From: a virus
Taxonomy: Duplodnaviria; Heunggongvirae; Uroviricota; Caudoviricetes
Direction: 5' to 3' (one strand)
DNA length: 64,000 nucleotides
Virus record (IMG/VR): IMGVR_UViG_3300035660_000003
Coordinates: 22,261-86,260 of that record
Shown here: positions 29,819 through 39,246 of the stretch, one piece after another
How positions within the stretch are numbered: the stretch's first letter is position 1
Layout of the letters: every line of letters starts with the position of its first letter
Notes under the pieces: generated by a model
The model's input: the letters and a program-made list of their open reading frames with translations, nothing else
Database searches by the model: none
What the model was told of the DNA's origin: nothing
Position numbers and translations under genes: made by a program

Positions 29819-29834
29819 TTAATCAGTTGATTAA
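29819..29834. repeat. palindrome variant TTAATCAGTTGATTAA
   Basis: central AGTT. Confidence 0.9.
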
Positions 29835-29880
29835 TCTTTCCAGACAACGTAACGCTTGGCAGATTCGATTGGTCGCAAAA

Positions 29881-30138
29881 TTAATATAATGGAACTTTAA
29901 CTTTTAAATCGACTGGGATAATCCAAAATAATTCATAGGGAATCGTAAGAAATTTAAGTTTTGCGATTAAAATCCCCCCATGGGTCCTACATAGGAAACT
30001 TTCGTGCCCTTTAAAAACTATTTTAAATTTTACTTTTTCTGGAAAAAGAAATTTGTGCTTTAAACATTCCTCACATTTTGGAAATTTCAAATTAGTTTCA
30101 CCTTTATTTTGGGTTTTCTTCCAGAAAGTTTTTTCCAT
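29881..30138 (-). CDS. KVKV-tail family protein (KVKVPLY)
   Basis: CxxC; array D. Confidence 0.55.
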   Translation of the reverse strand: MEKTFWKKTQNKGETNLKFPKCEECLKHKFLFPEKVKFKIVFKGHESFLCRTHGGILIAKLKFLTIPYELFWIIPVDLKVKVPLY

Positions 30139-30452
30139 AGGTCTAAATATGGAGTATCATAAATTAGGTTGTCGATTTGCTCGGCGATTTCTGGATGGTA
30201 GGGGACTTCCTCTATCCATCCTCTATGTAACGACACTTCTTTCGTGAGGTTATTATAGAAAGATGATTTGCCATGAAATAAAATTTTACAAACCTTAATT
30301 ATATATCCGAAAACGCCACCTGTTGGATAATAATCTTTGACTGTTCCAACAACTACGAAATCAATTTTTGTGCCACCAATTTTTTCCGTAGTCACTCCTA
30401 TGACTGTTTCGCCACGTTTATATTTCGGTTTGTCTGGTTCAAGAAAAGCCAT
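30087..30452 (-). CDS. KVKV-tail family protein without Zn ribbon (KIKVKLI)
   Basis: 121 aa. Confidence 0.55.
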   Translation of the reverse strand: MAFLEPDKPKYKRGETVIGVTTEKIGGTKIDFVVVGTVKDYYPTGGVFGYIIKVCKILFHGKSSFYNNLTKEVSLHRGWIEEVPYHPEIAEQIDNLIYDTPYLDLWKKLSGRKPKIKVKLI

Positions 30453-30730
30453 TAGACCAACATCACCTTCACTTTCTCATCATGTTTAAAGAAAATATCG
30501 AAGAAAACATGAACCCAAAATTCACCATAAGTCTGAAAGGTTGGATATTTATAATTTTTGAGTTGTTTATTTTTCAATTCTTCAAAAATCGTATAGCAAT
30601 TTTGACAGCACCAAAAATCTCTTTTATATCGATTAATTGAATTATCTTTACCAAGCATTAATTGAGAATAACTTCCTAGCGAACCACCACATTTACAGCA
30701 TTTATCGGAGTTCATATGAGAAAATTTCAA
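30452..30730 (-). CDS. KVKV-tail family Zn-ribbon protein (KVKVMLV)
   Basis: CxxC pairs. Confidence 0.65.
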   Translation of the reverse strand: MKFSHMNSDKCCKCGGSLGSYSQLMLGKDNSINRYKRDFWCCQNCYTIFEELKNKQLKNYKYPTFQTYGEFWVHVFFDIFFKHDEKVKVMLV

Positions 30731-30987
30731 ACTAACATCACCTTAACTTTTGGTTTTCGTGAATGCCAAAGTTCACGGATTTCAAGCCATAACTTATTAG
30801 CAAATTTCTCAAGACAAATATCGTGGTAACTGGGATAACCACGTCTTCTCAATTCATCATCCAAAAATTTGCTCCATTTCATTGCACAATCGCTACAAAT
30901 TAATAAAATGTGTTTATCTCCCAAAGTTTTTCCCTGTTCAAGAAGTCCAATCGATTCTTTTCCACAATGTTCACATTCATATTTCAT
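30727..30987 (-). CDS. KVKV-tail family Zn-ribbon protein (KVKVMLV)
   Basis: CxxC pairs; overlaps. Confidence 0.65.
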   Translation of the reverse strand: MKYECEHCGKESIGLLEQGKTLGDKHILLICSDCAMKWSKFLDDELRRRGYPSYHDICLEKFANKLWLEIRELWHSRKPKVKVMLV

Positions 30988-31316
30988 ATTAGAATCACCT
31001 TTACCTTTACCGAATTCAAAAAGGTTAGAAATTCATCTTCGAACTTTTCTTCATAACCCCTATAATATTTCCCCCTATGATTTTGATTATCTACTCTTTC
31101 ACGCCAAATTTTAGCCCATTTCTTGTGACAATCTTCACAAAGCTGATAACTTCGGTGTTCAAGAGTCGCAGTTATAGATGTTGAGGCTTTATTTTTTTGA
31201 CACCGTTCACATTTGCCCCATCCAACTTTTATTTTAACTAAGTTTGTTTGTTGAGTCAATATAAAGCCACTCTCACTTTTTCTTTTTGCGGTGTCACGTC
31301 GAAATGACTTACCCAA
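30984..31316 (-). CDS. KVKV-tail family Zn-ribbon protein (KVKVILI)
   Basis: CxxC pairs. Confidence 0.65.
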   Translation of the reverse strand: MGKSFRRDTAKRKSESGFILTQQTNLVKIKVGWGKCERCQKNKASTSITATLEHRSYQLCEDCHKKWAKIWRERVDNQNHRGKYYRGYEEKFEDEFLTFLNSVKVKVILI

Positions 31317-31465
31317 AAATTGTATATGAGATACCTAACCATGACATCTCCACTTTCATATTTTATTACGATTATCTCGAATGTTGAATTTTTGGGAATC
31401 CACGACGGAATTACTTTAGGTTTTAATTTGACGAGCATTCCCAATTTTAGATTTTCTATCTCCAT
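31256..31465 (-). CDS. KVKV-tail family protein (KVRVALY)
   Basis: 69 aa. Confidence 0.5.
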   Translation of the reverse strand: MEIENLKLGMLVKLKPKVIPSWIPKNSTFEIIVIKYESGDVMVRYLIYNFWVSHFDVTPQKEKVRVALY

Positions 31466-31553
31466 TAGTTATCAAATAGAATATAACAACCGTATCTTAT
31501 AAACTTTTCCAAAATAAAAAAGGGGGTTGATGGCGTGATGGTTGGTTGGTAGT

Positions 31554-32441
31554 TTATGGCGTTATGATTTCAAAGAACGGTATTGGCACATCGCTACCGT
31601 AGAAGTATGGCAATGCTCCATCCCATTTTAACAGATAGAGATAATAGAGATAGTTCGGGTTCACGCTTAGATATTCATTTATCATGCGGATTGCTTCTGC
31701 GTCTGCTTGAGCCCTCGTTAAGGTTGAGTTTGCATATGCTTCGGCTTGTATCTTCATGATTGTTGCTTCGGCTTGCTTAATCATTATTTGTTGTTCTTGC
31801 TGATAGCGGATTACTTCTAGTTTATTCTTTTCAGCTAGAGCATTCTGTTCATTTGTTACTTTATTTTCAATTGCTTGATTAAATGCTGGCGAGAATTCAA
31901 AGTTTTCTAGCTGAACATCAAGAACTGTTATATGATATGGAGTAAGTTTTTCTCTCAAAGTTTCCAGAAACAGAAGTTTAACAGCCTCACGCCTCTGAAG
32001 TAATTCCTCAGCTTTGAAGCTAGAAGTTGCACCCTTTAAACTCTGTTGCATGTTGTTTATGATAACTCGACTTTCCCAATCGGTTCTCAATGTTCGGTAA
32101 ATTTCTTCCACGTAGCCCGAATCTATATAATAGTTTATTGAGATTGTCGTCAGCACCTCTTGCATATCATTTGTTCCACACGACAGATTTCCTAAAGTGA
32201 CTTTGTGAATCTGCACATCCATGAGAACTATGTCCTGACCAAGCCACATATTTACCCAATGAAGTCCTTCGGTTGCAGTTCCCGTGATTTGACCGAATTG
32301 TGTCGTGACACCAATATAACCACTCGGCACAGTTCGTAATCCTAAAAGCATCGTCGCAACTAAGACCACTATAACTGCCATGATTGCAACTAATTTCCAA
32401 ATGCTCCAATTGCCGTCTTTATTCTTTAATGGATTTCTCAT
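31554..32441 (-). CDS. SPFH/band-7 (prohibitin/stomatin-like) protein
   Basis: N-terminal TM, band-7 core, AEA-rich coiled coil; promoter plus palindrome directly upstream. Confidence 0.75.
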   Translation of the reverse strand: MRNPLKNKDGNWSIWKLVAIMAVIVVLVATMLLGLRTVPSGYIGVTTQFGQITGTATEGLHWVNMWLGQDIVLMDVQIHKVTLGNLSCGTNDMQEVLTTISINYYIDSGYVEEIYRTLRTDWESRVIINNMQQSLKGATSSFKAEELLQRREAVKLLFLETLREKLTPYHITVLDVQLENFEFSPAFNQAIENKVTNEQNALAEKNKLEVIRYQQEQQIMIKQAEATIMKIQAEAYANSTLTRAQADAEAIRMINEYLSVNPNYLYYLYLLKWDGALPYFYGSDVPIPFFEIITP

Positions 32442-32460
32442 TTTTTACGACCTTAAAGAG

Positions 32461-32480
32461 TAATACACATCGCCTCTTAT
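32461..32480 (-). promoter_or_regulatory. BRE/TATA promoter of SPFH gene
   Basis: cgcctcttataagggttgac; palindrome 8 bp upstream. Confidence 0.5.
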
Positions 32481-32481
32481 A

Positions 32482-32497
32482 AGGGTTGACATTAATC
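32482..32497. repeat. 16-bp palindrome TTAATCAATTGATTAA
   Basis: exact; 8 bp from SPFH TATA box. Confidence 0.95.
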
Positions 32498-32586
32498 AAT
32501 TGATTAATTATTTTAGTTTTGGAGCGGGTCATCGGAAGAAGTGGGGAAGAAGCGATGGTTCAGAGTGCACTACAAATTTAGAAAGA

Positions 32587-32602
32587 TTAATCAACTGATT
32601 AA
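32587..32602. repeat. palindrome variant TTAATCAACTGATTAA
   Basis: central AACT. Confidence 0.9.
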
Positions 32603-32652
32603 TTTTCTCGAATCAGAAGGAGAACATTGGGCAGGCGAGACGTTGCCTTCGG

Positions 32653-32865
32653 TCAATATAAAATGACCTTGACTTTTTCTTTCCGTTTTTTCTCTTTCGC
32701 CAATAAATGAATAATGACAGTTTTTTGATAAGGATTAAGTTTCATACCATTTGCGTGTTCTAGTAAGTGTTCATAAAATTCCATTTGGATGACAATTTCA
32801 TTCGTATGATGAAGAGTTGCACCTTTAAATTCGACCATGCAAAAAGGTTTTGGTTTTTCCGTCAA
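32653..32865 (-). CDS. KVKV-tail family protein (KVKVILY), array-terminal
   Basis: tail kept although no downstream gene and SD degenerated to AAGGTCAT. Confidence 0.6.
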   Translation of the reverse strand: MTEKPKPFCMVEFKGATLHHTNEIVIQMEFYEHLLEHANGMKLNPYQKTVIIHLLAKEKKRKEKVKVILY

Positions 32866-33080
32866 TATAATAGCACCTTTACTTTGATTTTTGATTTCTT
32901 CTTTGAGAATGATTGAGGAAAGAAACTTTGATAAATTTTATCTGGAATGAGGTAACATCCCTTAAATTTTGCATCCTTCATACCCTTTACAACATCCTCT
33001 AAAGTGATTTTGGATTTACTCATATCAGTATCACTTTCACTTTCTCGCCCTTTAGCCATAGATTGAAAATCTTTAACCAA
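32862..33080 (-). CDS. KVKV-tail family protein (KIKVKVLLY)
   Basis: 72 aa. Confidence 0.55.
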   Translation of the reverse strand: MVKDFQSMAKGRESESDTDMSKSKITLEDVVKGMKDAKFKGCYLIPDKIYQSFFPQSFSKKKSKIKVKVLLY

Positions 33081-33268
33081 ACTTTTCCTTGCTCATCATA
33101 AGAAGGAATACTATTACTCTTCGGTTTTAAATGTTTATGCAAAAACGCAACCCAATCTGCTCTACATTTTGGACAGACTCTCAAAAGTGGTTCGTTATCC
33201 GACGAGAATGCTCCACCTAAACCGATTAGGGAAGTTACCCAATTTCCACATCTTTGGCATTTTCTCAT
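33020..33268 (-). CDS. KVKV-tail family Zn-ribbon protein (KVKVILI)
   Basis: CxxC pairs. Confidence 0.6.
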   Translation of the reverse strand: MRKCQRCGNWVTSLIGLGGAFSSDNEPLLRVCPKCRADWVAFLHKHLKPKSNSIPSYDEQGKVWLKIFNLWLKGEKVKVILI

Positions 33269-33504
33269 ATAAGCATCACCTTAACCTTTCTCTCCCGTAA
33301 AATCGTCCCAACTCCGCATACATAAGTTAGATTAGGTCTATGTTTGTCACAATAGCAAGACTTTCTACCCTGCCTCTGGCAACTGCCTCGATGCGAACAC
33401 ATGAATATCAAACCACATTTTTGACAAACTGAAGGTTCATCTGGATAGATATTCTTCGTCGGAATATGAACATTCAATGAAGAGTCTTTATATATTGGTG
33501 TCAT
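33265..33504 (-). CDS. KVKV-tail family Cys-rich protein (KVKVMLI)
   Basis: Cys-rich. Confidence 0.6.
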   Translation of the reverse strand: MTPIYKDSSLNVHIPTKNIYPDEPSVCQKCGLIFMCSHRGSCQRQGRKSCYCDKHRPNLTYVCGVGTILRERKVKVMLI

Positions 33505-33800
33505 ACAAGTAACACCTTCACTTTCGGTTTAGGAAATAACTTTGACCTAAATGCACCGAATTGTTGACTCGAAATATTAACTTTTATATCCACTATTAGC
33601 CTACAATTGCGACATTGAACCACTTTGTTATGGGGATTCCATATAATTGCTCCGACATAGTGGCAATTTGGACAAATTAATTCCTCAAATTTGAGTTCCA
33701 TGCAATACGGACAATGAAATGTCTTATAATAACGTCCATCTTCAGCCATATCTATCGTTTCATGCATGTTCGGGCGACCACAACATTGACATTTTTTCAT
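33501..33800 (-). CDS. KVKV-tail family Zn-ribbon protein (KVKVLLV)
   Basis: multiple CxxC. Confidence 0.65.
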   Translation of the reverse strand: MKKCQCCGRPNMHETIDMAEDGRYYKTFHCPYCMELKFEELICPNCHYVGAIIWNPHNKVVQCRNCRLIVDIKVNISSQQFGAFRSKLFPKPKVKVLLV

Positions 33801-34021
33801 AGTAGCATCACTCTCACCTTCGCTTCACGATATTCACATCCATAGTTTTGACCGCTAGGAGCAAAGTTTTTCGTGCATTCTCTACAATAACAATAACGTT
33901 CATGTGAATAATTCTCTCTATGCAAGCGGCAGGGAGAATGAGAATTATTCTTACATTCAAACATCTTTCCGCATTGTGAACATTTTACTTTTACCCATTC
34001 AATCTGCTTTGCATTCTTCAT
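33797..34021 (-). CDS. KVKV-tail family Cys-rich protein (KVRVMLL), start moved to MKNAKQ
   Basis: TATA 34061-34077 overlaps longer ORF start. Confidence 0.55.
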   Translation of the reverse strand: MKNAKQIEWVKVKCSQCGKMFECKNNSHSPCRLHRENYSHERYCYCRECTKNFAPSGQNYGCEYREAKVRVMLL

Positions 34022-34060
34022 AGTTTTTCTTATCCCTTTAAAGTAATTAAAGTTATTACC

Positions 34061-34077
34061 CACTTATAAACTTTGTG
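34061..34077 (-). promoter_or_regulatory. TATA box of array E
   Basis: cacttataaactttgtg. Confidence 0.45.
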
Positions 34078-34096
34078 AATTATTTTTGGCTCGTGT

Positions 34097-34112
34097 TTAA
34101 TCAACTGATTAA
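34097..34112. repeat. palindrome variant TTAATCAACTGATTAA
   Basis: upstream of array E promoter. Confidence 0.9.
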
Positions 34113-34116
34113 TCTT

Positions 34117-34539
34117 TTACTTCGAGAATCGCTGGTCCGCAATTTTCCAGTCCAATGTCCATCGATTATTCACAAGAATGGGCATATGAACCTTATCCAA
34201 TTTTCGATACGCCTTCAAGCCAATCTGACTACGCAAAGCCTGATGCAACACTTCGTGTTCCAAAATCAAACAAGTTAATTCCTCAATGTAATCATCATCA
34301 GAAAAATATTCTTTAAATAAAAAAAGTTTAATCAATACTCTATAACAGAATCCGCCAGCCGATGCTCCCGAACAATGCATATCTCGTTCAGTTTTCGTTA
34401 TTATCTTTACATATCGCCCGATAGAATTCTCTCTTTTAATCCAAGTCAAAATTCTTAACCACATATCATTTAAACTGACATAATAAAATGAACCTACCCA
34501 CTTTGAATATTTCCAAATAGTTTGAAATATCTTTCGCAC
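34117..34539 (-). CDS. small HExxH zinc-metallopeptidase-like protein
   Basis: LILEHEVLHQAL. Confidence 0.45.
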   Translation of the reverse strand: MRKIFQTIWKYSKWVGSFYYVSLNDMWLRILTWIKRENSIGRYVKIITKTERDMHCSGASAGGFCYRVLIKLFLFKEYFSDDDYIEELTCLILEHEVLHQALRSQIGLKAYRKLDKVHMPILVNNRWTLDWKIADQRFSK

Positions 34540-34602
34540 TTTGAATCACTATTAAAATTAGAAGTGGGTTAGACTATTTAAAACTTATGGAAGAATTGAG
34601 GA

Positions 34603-34672
34603 ATAAAAGAGCGAAGGGGCGGGGAGTTACACCCCGCCGTTATACAGGGCGACGACGGACTTGGCTTGCCGA
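34603..34672 (-). ncRNA. promoter-proximal 7-bp GC hairpin plus U-tract (leader, terminator or small RNA)
   Basis: GGCGGGG-agttaca-CCCCGCC at 34618-34638, then CUCUUUUAUU, downstream of promoter 34697-34715. Confidence 0.3.
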
Positions 34673-34696
34673 GAGATATTAACTAGCACATAGAGG

Positions 34697-34715
34697 TATT
34701 TAAGGTTTGCGGTTG
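34697..34715 (-). promoter_or_regulatory. consensus BRE/TATA promoter
   Basis: tatttaaggtttgcggttg. Confidence 0.55.
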
Positions 34716-35261
34716 TTATCCCATTTCAACCTTGTTATCTTCAGAGCAGACGGTAGAACAGAATCGTCCTCTGCCAATGAATGGTTTGCCACAATGTTGA
34801 CATATCTTTTTATGATGGCTTAGAAGTTTTTGGTCTCTTAGCATTTTCAATGTGTTGATGAACATGCTGGACATTTTTGTTGTATAACCACCACGTAAAT
34901 GAATTGTGAATACGTCTTGATTTTCATCGTATTCTACAGCATCCTTTTTTCCTTCTGGGGCTTGACATACAAGAAGCACATACTTTAAACTTTCATTGAT
35001 TTCCATTGGACTATTCGTGTTATCTGGCGAATCAAGACTTTCCCAATAATCCCATTTCTTGAAGACGGCTATGACTTGTTCTTTGTTATTTATTGTTGCT
35101 TTTACTATTAATAGTGCATCAGTTCCAGCAAAACCAAATCCATGCGATGTTTCCATTGCCTTTATTGGCATTGGCTGTTCACCTTTATTGATTATAATCA
35201 GACTTTCATACCCTCTAAAGAAACGTTCTTTCCCATCAACTACTACAACAGCATTTTTCAT
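34716..35261 (-). CDS. hypothetical protein with C-terminal CxxC pair
   Basis: start moved to MKNAVV with GGTGGTGAT SD; promoter 35321-35337. Confidence 0.6.
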   Translation of the reverse strand: MKNAVVVVDGKERFFRGYESLIIINKGEQPMPIKAMETSHGFGFAGTDALLIVKATINNKEQVIAVFKKWDYWESLDSPDNTNSPMEINESLKYVLLVCQAPEGKKDAVEYDENQDVFTIHLRGGYTTKMSSMFINTLKMLRDQKLLSHHKKICQHCGKPFIGRGRFCSTVCSEDNKVEMG

Positions 35262-35320
35262 ATTTCTATCACCACCTTTACTTTTCAACTACTACGACAT
35301 GAGTATAGAAATAGAACAAC

Positions 35321-35337
35321 TATTTAAATGTTGCGGT
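35321..35337 (-). promoter_or_regulatory. consensus BRE/TATA promoter
   Basis: tatttaaatgttgcggt. Confidence 0.55.
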
Positions 35338-35691
35338 AAAATCGTGCGATGGGCGATGTATCGTCGCCCAAACGCAGTTGCAACGCCAGATGCCAACTCA
35401 CACCATATGGTCTTACTCTGGTTGGCGAAACGTCTTTCGCCTACTTGTGAGCAGTAAATAATAATAACAAACAATTATTTAAACTTTGTGGTTCTTAAAT
35501 TGTGTGTTTACCTAACACTCACTCAGTATAACTCCTAATAGTAATGATATGTGCAATACGATTTCTTGCAAAACGCCAATCAAACCAGATTAAATTATCA
35601 ATGAACCAAAGAGAATAACGAAGCCAAAGTGGAAGAAATTTGCTTTGAAAAAACTTTGCAAGAATCTTATCCGCAACGAAGCACATTCTCA

Positions 35692-36168
35692 TTATTCTCT
35701 CGCTCTTGTGCCTTTATATTTGCCTCTACCAATATATTTTCCTTTATAGTGTCTGCCAGTTTTCTTTTCCCGAATTGTTTCCTCTTCCAAATCCTCTAAT
35801 AATTTTTCCTCTCCCGAATCCTCAACTTCAATTTCATCTTTGTTTTTCGATGTTCTTGAGACATAGTTAGATTGGCATTCTACTCGATATGGACAATCCT
35901 CAAAAAAGTATGATGCATAATCACTTGAACTCTTCCTGTGCAAATGTTTAGATTTGCAACATAATAATCCGAAACATCTCGGTTTAAAGTTTTTGGGATT
36001 CATGGGGCATTTTTCGTGTCCACACCAATTTATTTTATCCATGCCATGATTTTGATAGCAATGTGGATTGCATATTGGACAGGCTAATTCGCTACCAAAA
36101 TATGCTAAATGGCAATGCAGACTCATACAAGAACCACCTTCACTTTTTTCTTTTTTAATTTTTCCCAT
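35692..36168 (-). CDS. Cys/His-rich protein
   Basis: 158 aa, many Cys. Confidence 0.55.
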   Translation of the reverse strand: MGKIKKEKSEGGSCMSLHCHLAYFGSELACPICNPHCYQNHGMDKINWCGHEKCPMNPKNFKPRCFGLLCCKSKHLHRKSSSDYASYFFEDCPYRVECQSNYVSRTSKNKDEIEVEDSGEEKLLEDLEEETIREKKTGRHYKGKYIGRGKYKGTRARE

Positions 36169-36262
36169 TGTCTCTTGAGTAACAACAAGTCATTCATAGT
36201 AACTGAATTATTTTTCTTCACAACTTCTATCATTAACCATTGCCAGAAATTATTCCAATTTT

Positions 36263-36670
36263 TCAAATCAGAATCACCTTTACCTTTTCTTTTCCCTGAC
36301 TTTTAATCTGTTCTTTTATTTCTTCAAGAAATCCATCTGTCCAATCAAAAACTGAAATTGGTTCATCCTTTGGCTCTGGAAGAGTTTCCATCCATGCATG
36401 AACACCTTTCAGCGTTAAAGGAACTCCCAACTCTCCCAAAATTTCTTTTTGTGTCTTAAAAAATACTTTCCAGAATTCCTTACCGACTAACGACGGGTCT
36501 TGTGCATAACCATTTGAAGCGAAGGCAAATCCACATTTGGGACAGGCATCATAATGTAAATATCCACTACTGCCGTATCTTAACATCATACGATGATAGT
36601 TACATACGGGACAGATTCCGCCATAGGTTTCAGTTATCATCAAATTCCTCATCGAAATGTTCATCCGCAT
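36263..36670 (-). CDS. KVKV-tail family Zn-ribbon protein (KVKVILI)
   Basis: 135 aa, CxxC pairs. Confidence 0.6.
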   Translation of the reverse strand: MRMNISMRNLMITETYGGICPVCNYHRMMLRYGSSGYLHYDACPKCGFAFASNGYAQDPSLVGKEFWKVFFKTQKEILGELGVPLTLKGVHAWMETLPEPKDEPISVFDWTDGFLEEIKEQIKSQGKEKVKVILI

Positions 36671-37002
36671 TATAAATTAAATGATTAGCAAATCTCCATA
36701 TTGTTAAAATTCCTAATGGGGTATGAAACATAATATGCCAAAATATTCCCTTAATAATTCCCTCATCATAAATTGAACTAACTAAACAATCTTTACAGAA
36801 GAATCCACATGGACAAAGACTGAATCTCATAATAATTCCGCTTCTTTACATCTCTTCCACATTTCTTCGCCATACCTAGCGATAAAATCACGGTCTTTTT
36901 GAGACAATGATTGAAGCCATCTCCGTTTCTCCTTCAGACGTTCCTCTTCTTGTCTTTCCTCTTCGAGTAATTCTAAATCTTCTTGAGTTAAATCTGGTTC
37001 GT

Positions 37003-37260
37003 TCATTTAAACCAAAACTCCTCTTCCTCGCTCCAAGCATCCTCTTCGCCTTCCTCGCCACCATAACCATAATCTTTCTCATCATCTTGATAGTTAGGGT
37101 CTTCATCACTTCCAAATTCTTGTTCATCTGGAATTTCGTGAATCCGTTCTTCGTCCCATTTAAAATTACAATCGAGACAACGAAACAGAAGTTTGCCGTC
37201 TGGAATCTGGATTACGTTTTTAGAACCACAAGACGGGCAAATTATGGGGTCTTCACTCAT
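37003..37260 (-). CDS. Zn-ribbon protein with acidic tail
   Basis: CPSCGS...CLDCNF. Confidence 0.55.
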   Translation of the reverse strand: MSEDPIICPSCGSKNVIQIPDGKLLFRCLDCNFKWDEERIHEIPDEQEFGSDEDPNYQDDEKDYGYGGEEGEEDAWSEEEEFWFK

Positions 37261-37261
37261 T

Positions 37262-37630
37262 CTACTTTACCTCTTTAATAACCTTGCTGGCTAAGAACTT
37301 TTCATAGGCTTTAGTGTAGTATTTATATCCACAGTTTAAGCAGGTATAACTTTCAAACTCTGGTCTGGAAAAATTTTTAGATTCCATATCCCATTTAGCC
37401 AACCCCTCATCAATACTACCTGTATAAACAGTAAGACATGTTCTGTCATGGGCTGGACAACCACATCTAGGACACGGTTCAGGTTCATTCTTATCTGCCT
37501 TTGCTATACAGTTCTCGCATCTATAAAATTTCATGCCGTTCTCCATTAATCTTTCTTCTAAAGTATCTTCACCGCAATTATAGCAATGTAATCCAGTTCT
37601 AGTTGTCATACTTCTAGGTTCAAATTCCAT
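37262..37630 (-). CDS. multi-Zn-ribbon protein
   Basis: four CxxC pairs. Confidence 0.6.
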   Translation of the reverse strand: MEFEPRSMTTRTGLHCYNCGEDTLEERLMENGMKFYRCENCIAKADKNEPEPCPRCGCPAHDRTCLTVYTGSIDEGLAKWDMESKNFSRPEFESYTCLNCGYKYYTKAYEKFLASKVIKEVK

Positions 37631-37632
37631 TT

Positions 37633-37971
37633 TTAATTCCCATTTCCATTAATTTCATTCATCATCCAATGAACCCAACATTTCGAACAGTCTTTGGATA
37701 TATCGGCTAGACATTTATTACAGAATTTCCGTGCAAGTTCCTTGATTTTTTCTTTTCGTTCTCGATGCGTCAAAGGATAATAAGTGGTAATGTGATAAAC
37801 AACCAACCGTTCCCAAATTACAACTGGTTTCTTTTCAGCTAATCGTTTCTGATAATCTGTGCCATATAATTCGTCAATCCAACCAATAAAATTCCAACAC
37901 CATTCGCAACATGCAGCCCACTCTGGTTTAGAATTTAATTGGCAAATTGGACAGATTTTATCATCGGTCAC
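37633..37971 (-). CDS. Cys-rich hypothetical protein
   Basis: 112 aa. Confidence 0.55.
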   Translation of the reverse strand: MTDDKICPICQLNSKPEWAACCEWCWNFIGWIDELYGTDYQKRLAEKKPVVIWERLVVYHITTYYPLTHRERKEKIKELARKFCNKCLADISKDCSKCWVHWMMNEINGNGN

Positions 37972-37993
37972 TTTGTTTCACTAATTAGAATCT

Positions 37994-38524
37994 TTAAGAC
38001 ATCGCTCTATTTAAACTTTTCTCTAATTCTCGAATGCGATTCTGCAATTCATGAATATAATTATGACTTAATTCACTATGTTCATTATTTGGGAAAGCCA
38101 TTAAATTTTCTGGTCTATTATCATCTGTAATTCCATTCAGATGATGAATAACACATCCTTTTGGAAGTATTTTTTTATGATGTTCTTCCCAAATTAAAAT
38201 GTGCTCATAAACATAAGGATGCCCTTTACTGGTTCTTGAATGATTTGGATTATAAATCATGATATAACCATGATGTTTAATTCTTCCACCTTTCCAACTT
38301 GAATGTTTTTCTCCACAGTAATAAATACGTTTTGATAAATGTGCGGCTTCACTTCTAGTTCTACATTTAATTTCCAATTTTTGAAAAAGATATTTAGTTC
38401 CCGTATGGGATAAATTCAATAACAAGGCAATGTCTCGCAATGATTTACTTTTATATAATAGTTCTAACTTACTTTTATCATATTCTTTTGGGTTAATTGG
38501 TTTACCTCTTGGCATCTTAATCAC
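37994..38524 (-). CDS. HTH + HNH endonuclease (second HNH type)
   Basis: IHHLNGITDDNRPENL...N..H; N-terminal HTH. Confidence 0.65.
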   Translation of the reverse strand: MIKMPRGKPINPKEYDKSKLELLYKSKSLRDIALLLNLSHTGTKYLFQKLEIKCRTRSEAAHLSKRIYYCGEKHSSWKGGRIKHHGYIMIYNPNHSRTSKGHPYVYEHILIWEEHHKKILPKGCVIHHLNGITDDNRPENLMAFPNNEHSELSHNYIHELQNRIRELEKSLNRAMS

Positions 38525-38580
38525 CAGTTGATAATGGCATTCTTAATATTTAAACTTTTCGGTAAAATTCATCACTTTCT

Positions 38581-38620
38581 GTATATAAATACGGCGAGCT
38601 ATTTAAGGTTTTCGTTTGCT
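38581..38620 (-). promoter_or_regulatory. two tandem TATA elements
   Basis: gtatataaatacggcg and ctatttaaggttttcgtttgc upstream of HTH-HNH gene. Confidence 0.45.
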
Positions 38621-39234
38621 CGTTCATATTTGAATAGCCATGCTTCATAATCTCGCATTGTTTTTCGCATCGCCTTAGTTTCAGATGTAGTCTGGCTTGC
38701 AAGTACAACTTCAATAAGTGGTAAATCTCCCATAAAAATTGCCCCGTCATTATTTTCCACGTATCTATGATTTCTTGTAAAGCGAATTCCATTAATCTTT
38801 TTCATAAATCGTGGAATTGGAAAAGGTATGCCAAAGTCGGGTTTCTCTTTAAAAATTTTCTCAGCAGTCATTCTAATTCTATATCCGATTTGATTTTCGT
38901 CTATCTTTGGATTCCATTTTGCAATGGTTTCATCTGAATCAATAAAAAGAAAGTAATCGCCATCTGGCACGGCACTAATGAGTTGGTTTCGGGCATCTAC
39001 TTGATGAACTTGTTCTGTGGCGAGCATTAATTTGATTTTGGACTTCGCATTAATGCTCCACGAAATTATTTTCTCAATAGTATCATCAATGGAATGAAGA
39101 CTATAGCCATTTACGCCAATCCATCTCCCATCCAAAATTACGATTTCATCAACCTTTCCATCTAAACTTTTCAGACAATCAATTATGGATTCTACTGCAT
39201 TAAAAGTAAGAATTAAGGCGTGGATTCGTGGCAA
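38599..39234 (-). CDS. family 2 glycosyltransferase (GT-A fold)
   Basis: ILTFN...DEIVILDG, DxD-like FIDSDE. Confidence 0.7.
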   Translation of the reverse strand: MPRIHALILTFNAVESIIDCLKSLDGKVDEIVILDGRWIGVNGYSLHSIDDTIEKIISWSINAKSKIKLMLATEQVHQVDARNQLISAVPDGDYFLFIDSDETIAKWNPKIDENQIGYRIRMTAEKIFKEKPDFGIPFPIPRFMKKINGIRFTRNHRYVENNDGAIFMGDLPLIEVVLASQTTSETKAMRKTMRDYEAWLFKYERANENLK

Positions 39235-39246
39235 TTAATTTTCGCC

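Noticed and set aside
17847-34063. Integron-like cassette arrays (palindrome as attC)
   Set aside because: There is no integrase, the palindromes are short perfect 16-mers unlike attC, and the units are multi-gene operons.
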